Source: an uncultured virus (IMG/VR IMGVR_UViG_3300027156_000006)
Taxonomy: Duplodnaviria; Heunggongvirae; Uroviricota; Caudoviricetes
DNA: 64,000 bases
IMG/VR virus record: IMGVR_UViG_3300027156_000006
Reading direction: 5' to 3' (one strand)
A program made the position numbers and the translations under genes. Positions 7,632 to 17,321 of the stretch are shown here, one piece after another (the stretch's first letter is position 1; the number at the start of each line of letters is the position of its first letter). The notes under the pieces were generated by a model. That model did not search any database, was not told where the DNA came from, and saw only the letters and a program-made list of their open reading frames with translations.

Positions 7632-7646
7632 GATGGTTCCCGATGA

Positions 7647-7697
7647 TGCTGGTCCCGTTCCGTACCAGCAGGTCATGCGCCCCTTACGGGGTGAACG
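7647..7697 (-). promoter_or_regulatory. glutamine-II (downstream-peptide) riboswitch
   Basis: CGTTCACCCC-GTAA-GGGGCGCA...TGCTGGT-ACGGAACGGG-ACCAGCA; upstream of a YRG peptide; GCTACACT promoter at 7705-7712. Confidence 0.85.
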
Positions 7698-7716
7698 TAC
7701 AAACAGTGTAGCAAAG

Positions 7717-7790
7717 TGCCCTCAGTGGGACTTGAACCCACACTGAAGCGGTTTTAAGCCGCTTGCCTCTTCCGGTTGGGCTACAAGGGC
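7717..7790 (-). tRNA. trnL: tRNA-Leu(UAA), intronless, short variable loop
   Basis: GCCCTTGTAGCCCAACCGGAAGAGGCAAGCGGCTTAAAACCGCTTCAGTGTGGGTTCAAGTCCCACTGAGGGCA folds as a cloverleaf with anticodon TAA. Confidence 0.9.
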
Positions 7791-7797
7791 TCATGAG

Positions 7798-7950
7798 CAA
7801 AGAGGGCGTCGGGCGGGGCTTCAATCCGCCTTGTACGACATTTCAAAACGGGTTGGCCCGTTTCCCTCTTTCCCCTGGTACGAAACAATGGCGCCTGAAA
7901 CCATTGTTCCTTGTTGAACTAACGCTGGCCAGCGTGCTTCGCGAAAGCTC
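7798..7950 (-). ncRNA. candidate multi-hairpin structured RNA upstream of the tRNA
   Basis: Six helices including a three-way junction closed by AAAGAGGG/CCCTCTTT; GCTATGCT promoter-like site at 7955-7962. Confidence 0.5.
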
Positions 7951-7976
7951 CAAAAGCATAGCATGGCTTTTGATGA

Positions 7977-8222
7977 TCAAACGTCATATTCTCTTAAGGA
8001 AGCATTCTCAGGAAAGAAACCTTCTTCTGCGTCGTAAGCCTGCTCAAGAACCTCAATTTGCTTCAGACGTTTGGCGTGAGCCTGGAGCTTTGGGAGGAGA
8101 GTGGGGATGTAAAGATGTTCGGCGGCAAGAAGCTGCAAGGCAGTTTGCCTATTGGAGCTTCCGCATTCAAGCAGGGAGGTGAGAAACTTTACCTCCTGCA
8201 TAGTTAAATCGCTGTTCTTCAT
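7977..8222 (-). CDS. hypothetical protein
   Basis: 81-aa ORF co-oriented downstream of terL. Confidence 0.6.
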   Translation of the reverse strand: MKNSDLTMQEVKFLTSLLECGSSNRQTALQLLAAEHLYIPTLLPKLQAHAKRLKQIEVLEQAYDAEEGFFPENASLREYDV

Positions 8223-8253
8223 TCCATAGGAGAACTATTGTTTGAAAATCATA

Positions 8254-9621
8254 CTAGGAGATAAGACTATCAATCCAACCAATGTCATCGTCTTTGCTAG
8301 CAGCAAGAATTGCGCCTGCCATTGCAAACGCTAAGTCGTCAATTCCAGACGCTTTGCCGCCAGTAACGCTCCATTGTCCACTGGGTTTATAGATGACCGT
8401 GAGATTTTTAAGCTGCATAATTGCTTTCTCATGGCGATAAATATTGATTTGTCCTGCATTAAACAATTCGCGCATCTTGCTGAATGCTTTCATCTTGGAG
8501 CTAACTGTCCAAGTGAGTTCAGTGATGGGCAAATCACTAGCCAAGCTTTGGATGGTGCCAGCACTATTGAACTGGTCCATCACGATGGTGTCAAACACAT
8601 ATAGGCGATGCTGTTCCTTAATCCAATCTTCCACTGCATTGATATTCACTTCCATCCTTCCATTGATTTCAAAATCAGCGACGAACGAATGGAACTTGTC
8701 AACGACTAACGTGCCGTTTTCGTAGTGAACAATACAAGCAGTGTAGTCGTCACGGCCAACGCCACCACGGGCGGGGTCAAGGGCAAGTACATAGGCCCCT
8801 TGGAATTCAGGGCGTGGTGGTAGAGCGGCTCTACGGTCATCAATACAGGCGTCAATAACATCGCTTGCAACAAGGGCTGAAAGATTGCTTGCGAATTGCG
8901 CCCCATACTCAACTTTAAACTTCTCCGGATCGCGCTGTCTCTCTGTGTCAAGAAACTCTTGCGAAATACTTGGGTTCATCTCCCACGTTGGGAGATTCAC
9001 TGCCTGCATGAAGGGGAAGCGGCCAGAGCTTGCTTCTTTGAAATGCTGGTAGAAAATACCGTCTGTTAGCCATGGAGACGACAGTTCAAGAATGCGTCCT
9101 TTCCCTCCGAACTGGGCGATAGCGGGAGAAAGTGCGTCGTAAATGCCCCTGCCGCCGCTGTTTGCATCGCCTTCAGTGGCAAATGCAAGTTCGTCAAACA
9201 CTGCGCCTGCACAAGCGAGGCCACGAGCAGCACGGCCTGAAGTGGGAATGGCTTTAAAGACGCAGTTGTTGCTTAGTTCAATGATGTCGGCGGTTTCGCG
9301 AACGATTTCTTGGGCGAAGGGACTATCAAGGATTAGCTGACGAATGTTGTTGAGAGCAATACGAGCCTGGTCTTGACTGTTTGCTACGGTCACGATGTAC
9401 CATTTCTCGCCTTTTCTTACTCGCCTGCGATATTCATCTTCCAAGACGAAGCACATATAGACGCAGGCCACTGCAGCCATGACAGTCTTGCCTGATCGTC
9501 GCCCAAGAGCCCACACTGCATGGCTCTTATCTGGCTGGAAGAAGGTGTCAAGGATTTTCGCTTGCTGGGGATAAAGATCCAGCTTGAGAGCGTGTCTTGA
9601 AAAATCAGAACATTTCAGCAT
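8254..9621 (-). CDS. terL: terminase large subunit
   Basis: Walker A GRRSGKT, Walker B AVFDE, SSP motif III, nuclease LALDPA ... DDLAFA. Confidence 0.93.
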   Translation of the reverse strand: MLKCSDFSRHALKLDLYPQQAKILDTFFQPDKSHAVWALGRRSGKTVMAAVACVYMCFVLEDEYRRRVRKGEKWYIVTVANSQDQARIALNNIRQLILDSPFAQEIVRETADIIELSNNCVFKAIPTSGRAARGLACAGAVFDELAFATEGDANSGGRGIYDALSPAIAQFGGKGRILELSSPWLTDGIFYQHFKEASSGRFPFMQAVNLPTWEMNPSISQEFLDTERQRDPEKFKVEYGAQFASNLSALVASDVIDACIDDRRAALPPRPEFQGAYVLALDPARGGVGRDDYTACIVHYENGTLVVDKFHSFVADFEINGRMEVNINAVEDWIKEQHRLYVFDTIVMDQFNSAGTIQSLASDLPITELTWTVSSKMKAFSKMRELFNAGQINIYRHEKAIMQLKNLTVIYKPSGQWSVTGGKASGIDDLAFAMAGAILAASKDDDIGWIDSLIS

Positions 9622-10120
9622 GGCGCAAGTCTATAAGAGGAAGCAATGCAGATTGCGGAACGAAATAAGCTGGTCTTCCGCCCGCAGGATCTTTTCTCCA
9701 TTGTTCCTTCATGGCATCCTCACTCTTTATCCAACCATGGAGAAGAGTGATTTTGTTTTGTATCGTAACTAACACTAAGGTTTTTCCCGGCTTCTCGTCT
9801 AATTGGCAGATGAGATCGTAATCATGACGAGAGCGTGTTTTCACATCAATATTTGGAGGCAGGTCTGAAGAGCCTCGCTTTGCTTCTGTTTCTTGATAGA
9901 GAAACTCCCGTAGCTGGAGATAATCTGCCACTGCTAATTCGCCAGCGGCGCCAAGCTTGTGAAAGAACAAAGCCTTATCACCATCAGCCGGACCACCATT
10001 GCGCCCTTTTAAGCCTTTCTTCTCATTTACGAGCTGCCTGCGCATGGCTTCTGCCCGCACAAGCTCCTTGTCTTTGTCGCTGAAATGAAAAACAATGCCA
10101 AAGCTGGCCATAGTGTGCAT
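9605..10120 (-). CDS. hypothetical protein, possible PD-(D/E)XK fold
   Basis: GAAGELAVA...SDL..IDVKT pattern. Confidence 0.55.
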   Translation of the reverse strand: MHTMASFGIVFHFSDKDKELVRAEAMRRQLVNEKKGLKGRNGGPADGDKALFFHKLGAAGELAVADYLQLREFLYQETEAKRGSSDLPPNIDVKTRSRHDYDLICQLDEKPGKTLVLVTIQNKITLLHGWIKSEDAMKEQWRKDPAGGRPAYFVPQSALLPLIDLRHAEMF

Positions 10121-10186
10121 AAGCTACGCGCCAATGTAGCCAGGTTCTAGAATAAAAGCAACACATTATGGCCATAAATAAAGCTT

Positions 10187-12271
10187 ATGGAAAGCGAAGC
10201 AATTGATCTTGGTCACGTTGGTAGTGGTGGAGTGAGGGCTGATGGTCTTCAAAATGTGCTCATTGGCATGGGTACTGGTCGAGACAAGGCGCAATACACT
10301 AAGACCACTGCTACGATTTTCTTAGCCCAAGAAGAACTAGAAAATCTTTATGGCGAATGGCTTCCTCGTCGCATTGTTGATATTTATGCTGACCAAGCCA
10401 CGCGGAAAGGCTTCAAAGTATTGTTTGGCGGAGACGGCGTCAGAGCCGAAGAAGTGCAGGGCATTGAACAAGTAATTGAAGACCTCTACATCCTTGAACA
10501 CCTCAACCTCGCAGCGAAGAACGCCCGCCTTTATGGGGGTGCTTGTCTACTTCTCTTTATTGACGATGGCCGTCCCGCTTACATGCCTGTCGATAAACGC
10601 AACATTCGTCGGATTGAAGACATTGAATGTCTTGATCGATGGCAAATTGCGCCCGTCATTAATGAAGAAAACTTATACGACTATTCAAAAGCCACTTATT
10701 ATCAGATCATCTCTGGTGATTTAATTAACCAGCCGCAACTTTCTTATATCCATAAAGATAGGATTTTGCGTTTTGATGGTGACTGGCTTCCTTATCGCGT
10801 GAGGCAGCGTAATTATGGCTGGGGCATGAGCAGCTTGCAAACTGTTTATGACAGCTTTAGGCATTATTGGACAGGTTTGAATTCAGCAGCAACGCTCCTC
10901 ACTGAATTTGACATTTTTGTTCATAAAGTGAGAGGCCTTGCATCAATGCTGGCTGCTGGCAAGGAAAGTTCCATTCGTGATCGTTTGCAAGTGAATGACA
11001 TGAGCAAGAGCATCTATCGCGGCTACGCGATTGATGCGGAGAAGGAGGAGCTTGAATTTATTAGCCGCAACTTTGGAGGCATTGGAGAAATCCTTGAGAA
11101 ACTGCGCGTAGACATTATTGGCGCCAGCAAGATTCCCCATACAGTGCTGTTTGGCGAGAGCCCCAGTGGTCTTGGTTCCACTGGTCGCAGCGAAGAGCGT
11201 GATTTTGCGAAGACTCTTGCTGATTATCAAAGCGTCCATTTCAAGCGGCCCATCAAGAAGCTGATGGAAATGATCATGCTGAGCAAGGAGGGTCCGACGA
11301 ACGGAGAGCTTCCTGAATCGTGGCGCATTGCTTTCAATCCATTGTTTGAGCTTAATGAGCGCGAAATGGCTGACGTACGGGCGCGCGTGGCGGCCGTAGA
11401 CGGTCGTTACATCCAGCTAGGCGTACTGAGTCCCAAGGAAGTGGCAGATGCCCGTTATGGCGGTTCTGAATGGAGCATGGAACTCACACTCGATCCGTCC
11501 GTAGTGCGGGAACTTCCCACTCAAGCTGGGGGTGGTTCCACTCAGAAAGGGGGTGACGGAAAAATGGCAGTGCCTCCTGGTGGCCGTGATCCCATGAACG
11601 AGGAAAACGGTACGCTTCCCATGGACGGTAGTCGTGAAGTGGAAGATTCCGCTGGCCTTTATCTTCCTGGCGATTTAGAGAAAGTTCGTGGTGACGTAAC
11701 CTTCACTGACAAAGAGCTGCATTCACGAGCAGTGAGCGCTGCCAAGAGCAAGTTTAAAGTGTGGCCCTCGGCTTATGCCAGTGGTTACGTGGTGCAACAG
11801 TACAAGCAAATGTACAAGAAGAAGCACGGTTCACTGAGTGGAGCATTTAAGAGCGACGAACAGGAGCTTCATGCTGATGATCTTGACAAATGGTTCAAGG
11901 AAAAATGGGTGAGGATTGGCGCCAGCGGCGAAATTCTTGGTCCCTGTGGCGCTCGTGAAGAGAAAGAAGGCAAGCCTAAGTGTCTTCCGCAAGCCAAGGC
12001 GCAAGCCATGAGCAAAGAAGAGCGTCAAACAATTGTTGCTCGTAAGCGCAAAGCTGATCCCGATCCCGAACGTAAAGGAAAAGCAAAGAATGTGAGTAGC
12101 AAAGTTGATGCGATGGAGCCCATGAAAGTGGAAGGCCTCATCCTTTCTGACCTTGACGAAGCTGCATTAATTAGCCCTGAAGACATTGATGCTGCATTGA
12201 ACCAATGGAAGGAGGAAGCGCCTGAGCGTTTCAAGGATATTCTGGAGGCTGAAGATGCAAGGCCTGAATGA
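10187..12271 (+). CDS. portal protein (DUF1073-like) with C-terminal extension
   Basis: RRIVDIYADQATRKG, ARLYGGA, IHKDRILRF, ASKIPHTVLFGESPSG, FNPLFEL; first gene of the head module. Confidence 0.88.
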   Translation: MESEAIDLGHVGSGGVRADGLQNVLIGMGTGRDKAQYTKTTATIFLAQEELENLYGEWLPRRIVDIYADQATRKGFKVLFGGDGVRAEEVQGIEQVIEDLYILEHLNLAAKNARLYGGACLLLFIDDGRPAYMPVDKRNIRRIEDIECLDRWQIAPVINEENLYDYSKATYYQIISGDLINQPQLSYIHKDRILRFDGDWLPYRVRQRNYGWGMSSLQTVYDSFRHYWTGLNSAATLLTEFDIFVHKVRGLASMLAAGKESSIRDRLQVNDMSKSIYRGYAIDAEKEELEFISRNFGGIGEILEKLRVDIIGASKIPHTVLFGESPSGLGSTGRSEERDFAKTLADYQSVHFKRPIKKLMEMIMLSKEGPTNGELPESWRIAFNPLFELNEREMADVRARVAAVDGRYIQLGVLSPKEVADARYGGSEWSMELTLDPSVVRELPTQAGGGSTQKGGDGKMAVPPGGRDPMNEENGTLPMDGSREVEDSAGLYLPGDLEKVRGDVTFTDKELHSRAVSAAKSKFKVWPSAYASGYVVQQYKQMYKKKHGSLSGAFKSDEQELHADDLDKWFKEKWVRIGASGEILGPCGAREEKEGKPKCLPQAKAQAMSKEERQTIVARKRKADPDPERKGKAKNVSSKVDAMEPMKVEGLILSDLDEAALISPEDIDAALNQWKEEAPERFKDILEAEDARPE

Positions 12272-12938
12272 TTTATCAACGTTCACAGCCATTCTTGAAC
12301 AGCGTTTTGACCAATCCTCATGGCGCTACGATCCCGTTAGTGGCCGTTATCGCGGAAGCAATGGACGGTTCCTCAGTCAGTCTGCCGTGGAAGCTTTGGT
12401 GGATGGTCGAATTAACAAGCTTGGCACTTTGTTGCGTCGTCTTACAAACATGCTTGATGACGGCAGCATTAGCTTGGTTCAATGGCAAGAAAGCGTAAGA
12501 GAAACGCTTAAGCTTGCTCATACACAAGCGGCGATCATTGGCAATGGTGGACGGGATACGATGCAAGCTTCGGACTGGGGCCGCATCGGTCAGCGCCTTC
12601 GTGCGGAATACCGTTATCTGGAGAGTTTTGCTCGCGATCTTCTGGCTGGGAGCATTTCTGCTCCCATGGCTCTTGCTCGTATCGGCATGTACGCTCAAGC
12701 TGTGCGAGGTTCTTACTGGGAAGGCACCACAATTCGCCAGGAGAAGCAAGGGTATAGCTTGATGAGGCGCATTCTCGATCCACAAGCGAAGCATTGTGAC
12801 GACTGCTTGCGTTATGCAAGTCGAGGAGCTGTTTCCATTGGAAGTCTGCCCATGCCGGGCCAGCGGTGTGCCTGCATGAGCAATTGCAAATGCCGCGTAC
12901 AATACATGCGTCAACAAGCGCCAGTCGTGGCGGTTTGA
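12255..12938 (+). CDS. head morphogenesis / minor capsid protein
   Basis: HCDDC ... PMPG..C.CMSNCKC cysteine motif; position directly after the portal. Confidence 0.7.
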   Translation: MQGLNDLSTFTAILEQRFDQSSWRYDPVSGRYRGSNGRFLSQSAVEALVDGRINKLGTLLRRLTNMLDDGSISLVQWQESVRETLKLAHTQAAIIGNGGRDTMQASDWGRIGQRLRAEYRYLESFARDLLAGSISAPMALARIGMYAQAVRGSYWEGTTIRQEKQGYSLMRRILDPQAKHCDDCLRYASRGAVSIGSLPMPGQRCACMSNCKCRVQYMRQQAPVVAV

Positions 12939-12940
12939 GC

Positions 12941-13666
12941 ATGGATGTATTAGTTGGAAGCACGGGCCTGATTGGAAGCGTTTTGCGCGAGCATCACGAT
13001 TTTGATTGCCGCTTTAATTCTGAAAACATTCATCTTGCCCCGTTGCTGAAGGAGGATATTGACAAGCTTTATTTAGCTTGTTTACCAGCGGAAAAGTGGA
13101 GAGCAAATCAGGCGCCGATGGCTGACTTCGACAACATGTATCACGTCTTGACGAAGATCAGGCTATGGAAACCGAGGGAAGTCATTCTCTATTCCACCAT
13201 CGATATTTATAGTCAAACTTATAAATATGTGGAGAACTTCCCGGAAATTCATTTCATTAACTATGGCTCCACGCGATACATTTTTGAACTATTAATTAAG
13301 ACTACTTTCCCTGATGCTGTAATTACCATCATTCGCTTGCCTGCATTATTTCACAAGCGCATCAAGAAAAACATCTTGTTTGATCTCCTTAATAACAATA
13401 ACATTGAAAAGATCAATGCCAATTCTTGTTATCAATGGTACGACTTGAAAGACTTATGGCTTCACACTGAAGCTTGTCAAAAAGGCGGAGAGCATCAATG
13501 GTTTTCGGAGCCCATTGAAACATTAGAGATTATCGACCTGTGGTTTCCGTGGGCGAAAACAATGGTTGACTGCGGGCCACGCATTGAATATAACTATGCG
13601 CCTTATTTCTCCAGTAAGGAAACCACTTTGAAGAAGATGGAGGAGTTTATCAATGCTTGGAATTAG
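12941..13666 (+). CDS. NAD-dependent epimerase/dehydratase-like protein
   Basis: VGSTGLIGS Rossmann motif, YSTIDIY, YGSTR, IIRLPALF. Confidence 0.8.
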   Translation: MDVLVGSTGLIGSVLREHHDFDCRFNSENIHLAPLLKEDIDKLYLACLPAEKWRANQAPMADFDNMYHVLTKIRLWKPREVILYSTIDIYSQTYKYVENFPEIHFINYGSTRYIFELLIKTTFPDAVITIIRLPALFHKRIKKNILFDLLNNNNIEKINANSCYQWYDLKDLWLHTEACQKGGEHQWFSEPIETLEIIDLWFPWAKTMVDCGPRIEYNYAPYFSSKETTLKKMEEFINAWN

Positions 13667-14393
13667 TGCAATTGGCTGGAAAGATGAAGAAGAGCATGAA
13701 ATCTTAAGTGCTAATGCTGGGGCTTTTAATTTCATTGAACTGGTACCATCTCGCATCTTTGCCAGAAACGAAGACTTTGGCGACATTGCAAAGCGCTACA
13801 GGGAGCATTATGGGCTTTGGGCGTATTCTGCTCAGGCACTGTTCTACGACAGTGCCGTTCAAAGCTTTGAAGACACTGCTGCCACGCAAGAGCATTTGCT
13901 GAGAGTGGTGAAGCTTGGCTCGCTGATGGGCATTAAGCGCTTTGTCCTTGGTAGCCCCGCTTTGCGCCGGGGCAGCCCGTCAAGCTTGATGGAAGTTTTG
14001 AAGCGCATGGATTCAATCCTGGAGGCTAATGATGCCATCCTTTGCATTGAACCTATTGCCAAAGCATTTGGTGGAAAGTATTTCTACACAGTCGAGGAGA
14101 TTATCAATCACATTGATTTTTACAATTTGCGCAATGTAAAAACAATGCTTGATACAAACAATGCTTGGTTACAGGGCGATAGTCCGACAAAGATTATTAA
14201 GCATTATTTCCGCTTCGTTGCTCATGTTCATATCAGCGACACTGACAATGGTCCTATTTTGAACCAGTATGAACACAAGCAAATCAAACGGCTTTTAGTT
14301 GCAAGCAGCTACCAAGGCGGAATCACTCGCGAGCTTGTAAACGTTTCTCAACATCATCGAGAATATCCGTTGTTTAGGCAGCTTTATGGCTGA
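13653..14393 (+). CDS. sugar-phosphate isomerase/epimerase (xylose isomerase-like TIM barrel)
   Basis: VLGSPALR, LCIEP, MLDTNN, HVHISD. Confidence 0.8.
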   Translation: MLGISAIGWKDEEEHEILSANAGAFNFIELVPSRIFARNEDFGDIAKRYREHYGLWAYSAQALFYDSAVQSFEDTAATQEHLLRVVKLGSLMGIKRFVLGSPALRRGSPSSLMEVLKRMDSILEANDAILCIEPIAKAFGGKYFYTVEEIINHIDFYNLRNVKTMLDTNNAWLQGDSPTKIIKHYFRFVAHVHISDTDNGPILNQYEHKQIKRLLVASSYQGGITRELVNVSQHHREYPLFRQLYG

Positions 14394-15337
14394 GCAATAA
14401 TTTGCCTAGCCATGCTTTCAATGGCATAGATGCCTTGAATTTTGCCTGTGAAGAAAGAGAATAGATTTTCGTCTTGGCGCATTAGTGGCGTGCGATTGGC
14501 GCTACTGTCTTTTGTTTTCGCTTTAATTGAAAGAGTGGGGAATAGATAGTCAAAACTATCAGCGAAGCTTGGCCAGTAGCGCTCCACATGCTGCTCAATT
14601 AACTGCCTCACATTGTCCGCATTGTCGAGCGAGTTGTCGCTCATAATACCATGCTTCACATGGCTTAATGAGAAGCATTTGTCGTTATATGGGTAGATGG
14701 AGAATAGTTCTCCGTCGATATACGTGAGGGCGCCAAAGGGAATAGGAGTCTTCGGGCGATAAATAAACATTGCCACTGCTTCAAAGAAATGAGAAGGCAA
14801 TGGCTCCAAGAGGGCATTGTTAGTGCAATCAAAAACAAAATCGTAATCTTGCTTTAGCGCCTGCAGATTACATTGCTGAATCTTTTCCTTTTTCACCAAC
14901 GGCTCTAAGCACCATTGGAAATATAAGCTTGCTCCAATGGCGTCAATACGCTTTTCGGGCGTATTTAGCAAAAGCGATGTGTGGTTAAAGGCTTGTGGAT
15001 CTAGCGAAGCGTGCGGACCATTCCCAAAAATAATTGAAATGGTTTCAGCGTCAAGAAGACTTTCATCTTCCGAAACTGCATAGTAATTATTTTCTACATC
15101 ATGAACTAAATCACCATAGTCCTCCATAAAGCGCACGAAAGTGGTGGCGCACAAGCGGCGAGTGGCAGCATTTCTGGCATAGTGATAGCCATAGTGCAAG
15201 CGGTTTTGATTGATAAAAGACGTTTCTGAAATGAGCGTATGATTCTTTTCATACAGCGTCACTTCCATTTCATTACGAAGTGCCATTGCTAAATGGCATC
15301 CCACCCAGCCTCCGCCAATAATTGCTACACGCTTCAT
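14384..15337 (-). CDS. FAD-dependent oxidoreductase
   Basis: IIGGGWVGCH, YEKN, NQNRLHYGYHY. Confidence 0.85.
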   Translation of the reverse strand: MKRVAIIGGGWVGCHLAMALRNEMEVTLYEKNHTLISETSFINQNRLHYGYHYARNAATRRLCATTFVRFMEDYGDLVHDVENNYYAVSEDESLLDAETISIIFGNGPHASLDPQAFNHTSLLLNTPEKRIDAIGASLYFQWCLEPLVKKEKIQQCNLQALKQDYDFVFDCTNNALLEPLPSHFFEAVAMFIYRPKTPIPFGALTYIDGELFSIYPYNDKCFSLSHVKHGIMSDNSLDNADNVRQLIEQHVERYWPSFADSFDYLFPTLSIKAKTKDSSANRTPLMRQDENLFSFFTGKIQGIYAIESMARQIIAQP

Positions 15338-16032
15338 CAGATGTCAATACAGAGGTGGGGTTGTACGCCTTGCCAGTTGCTTTTAGCTTTAGCAAGGTGC
15401 AATTGCGGGAAGTATTCAATACGGCGCTGCATGCCAGTGCCATATGGATCTGCATGTCCTTGATAGTTCCATTCATCAGGACCGTGCTTGTCTGGATGGT
15501 AAATATGGCAAGGCACATCTTGGAGCTTCCAGAGCATGTAGTCTTCGTTTGGCACGCCCCACTGCTTCCATTGCTGCAATGCTTCAGGAGAGCTGTCTAA
15601 GTTTTTGATGGCCATCAAGCGCTCTTTGTGAGTCATGAGGTAGTCGTAGCGATAAAGCCCGATGCTCATTGATGGCGTTTGTTTCATTGCCACTTTCTCT
15701 GGGGCCTCCACGGGAGGCTCATAAGCCAATGCTTTAAAGAGGGGGCCTGCAATGCAAGTGTCGTGAAGAAGAAACCAATATTTGCTTTCCATTGAATGCT
15801 CCACAATTTCAATGAGCGGCGTGTATTCAAAGGAATTCTGCTGCGTCAGCAGCATTGGCACGCCTTTGTAGCTTGTATTGGCGCGAACAGTTTGTCCGCC
15901 ATTGACAATCAAAATTTCCTCTTGCTTGATGCCAGCAGCAAGCAAACTGGGAATGATGACGGGAATCGTATGCGGGGCAAACTTCTTGCACGTACTAATG
16001 CAAAAGCGTATTGAGGCGGGAGGCAGTGTCAT
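15337..16032 (-). CDS. GT-A-like glycosyltransferase
   Basis: IRFCIST...YWFLLHDT (DxD-like) pattern; glycosylation gene context. Confidence 0.55.
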   Translation of the reverse strand: MTLPPASIRFCISTCKKFAPHTIPVIIPSLLAAGIKQEEILIVNGGQTVRANTSYKGVPMLLTQQNSFEYTPLIEIVEHSMESKYWFLLHDTCIAGPLFKALAYEPPVEAPEKVAMKQTPSMSIGLYRYDYLMTHKERLMAIKNLDSSPEALQQWKQWGVPNEDYMLWKLQDVPCHIYHPDKHGPDEWNYQGHADPYGTGMQRRIEYFPQLHLAKAKSNWQGVQPHLCIDI

Positions 16033-16092
16033 TTTTCCTGTTTTGCCATCAGTATAAAAGCCCCTTAAGATGACGAAGATTCAGAGGAGACT

Positions 16093-17316
16093 ATGGCTCG
16101 CATTCTTTATTGTGGTGATGCGTTTGTAGAAACAGGCTTTGGGCGAGTGGCTCAATACTTGCTCCCTGCATTAGCAGAAGAGCATGAAGTGGCAGTATTG
16201 GCAGTCAACTACCATGGCGATCCTCATCCAGAAGCGAAGAACTATACGGTCTATCCTGCAATGCTGCATGGAAACGATCCCTTTGGCTCCCACCGCGTTG
16301 CAAGTGTCATTCAAACCTTCAAGCCAGACCTCGTGTGGGTGACTAATGACATCTGGATTGCTTTGCAGCTATGGGAAAAAGCTAAGCCGTTTAAAGAGCA
16401 GCTTGGTTTCAAATGGTTTGTCTACACTCCCATTGACTCGTACGGCCTGTTTCCAGACCTTGCAGCTCCCATGATGGAATGGGATGGCTTGGCAACTTAC
16501 ACAGAATTTGCCAAGAAAGAGCTTGAGCTAATGGGTTATACAAAGCCCATTCGCATCATCGGTCATGGCACTGATTTCACAAAGTTCTTCCCCATGGACA
16601 AGGAAGAATGTCGCAAGAAGCTTGGCGTGCCAGATGATGTGTTTGTCGTGTTTAATGGCAACAGGAATCAACCGCGCAAGCGCATTGATCTGACAATTAA
16701 AGCATTCATCAAGTTTGCTAAAGGCAAGGACGACGCTCGTCTATGGCTCAATATGGGCAGTAAAGACTTGGGGTGGGAATTAATCCCCCTGTTTAAGCGT
16801 GTGGCGCGTGACGAAGGGTTTGACCCCACTAGCAAACTCATCTTGACAAGTCCACATTTTTCAGTTGATAACTGTCTTCCTGTTGAGCAGCTTAATCAAG
16901 TGTATAACGCTGCTGATATTGGCATTAACACTTGCATTGGCGAGGGATGGGGCCTGGTCAACTCGGAGCACGGTTCCACTGGCGTGGCGCAAGTGGTTCC
17001 TGACCATACAAGCCTGGCTGAAATCTTTGATGAAGTGCCGCGCATTGAATGTAATGCCAGTGAAACTGACAGGAATTATGGCTTGGAACGTTTGCTTCCC
17101 GATCCGCAATCTGCCGCAGACATTCTCACTTACTACTACGAGAACCGCGACGTTCTGAAGCAGCATGGACAATGGTGCTACAAGCGTCTCCATGAGGAGC
17201 CTTTCACATGGCCTTATATTCAACAGCAGCTTAAAGACGCAGTGAATGAAACTCTTGCTGCTAAGCCAGCGGAGCCCGAATTTAAGGGCTTCGGTACTCC
17301 TGCCAAGATTGCTTGA
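16093..17316 (+). CDS. glycosyltransferase, GT-B fold (GT4-like)
   Basis: TGFGRVA, NRNQPRKRID, YNAADIG, GEGWGLVNSE. Confidence 0.9.
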   Translation: MARILYCGDAFVETGFGRVAQYLLPALAEEHEVAVLAVNYHGDPHPEAKNYTVYPAMLHGNDPFGSHRVASVIQTFKPDLVWVTNDIWIALQLWEKAKPFKEQLGFKWFVYTPIDSYGLFPDLAAPMMEWDGLATYTEFAKKELELMGYTKPIRIIGHGTDFTKFFPMDKEECRKKLGVPDDVFVVFNGNRNQPRKRIDLTIKAFIKFAKGKDDARLWLNMGSKDLGWELIPLFKRVARDEGFDPTSKLILTSPHFSVDNCLPVEQLNQVYNAADIGINTCIGEGWGLVNSEHGSTGVAQVVPDHTSLAEIFDEVPRIECNASETDRNYGLERLLPDPQSAADILTYYYENRDVLKQHGQWCYKRLHEEPFTWPYIQQQLKDAVNETLAAKPAEPEFKGFGTPAKIA

Positions 17317-17321
17317 TCGCC

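Noticed and set aside
10187..12271. Anti-CBASS Acb1 annotation often attached to this family
   Set aside because: No HxT phosphoesterase motifs are visible; sequence and position indicate a portal.
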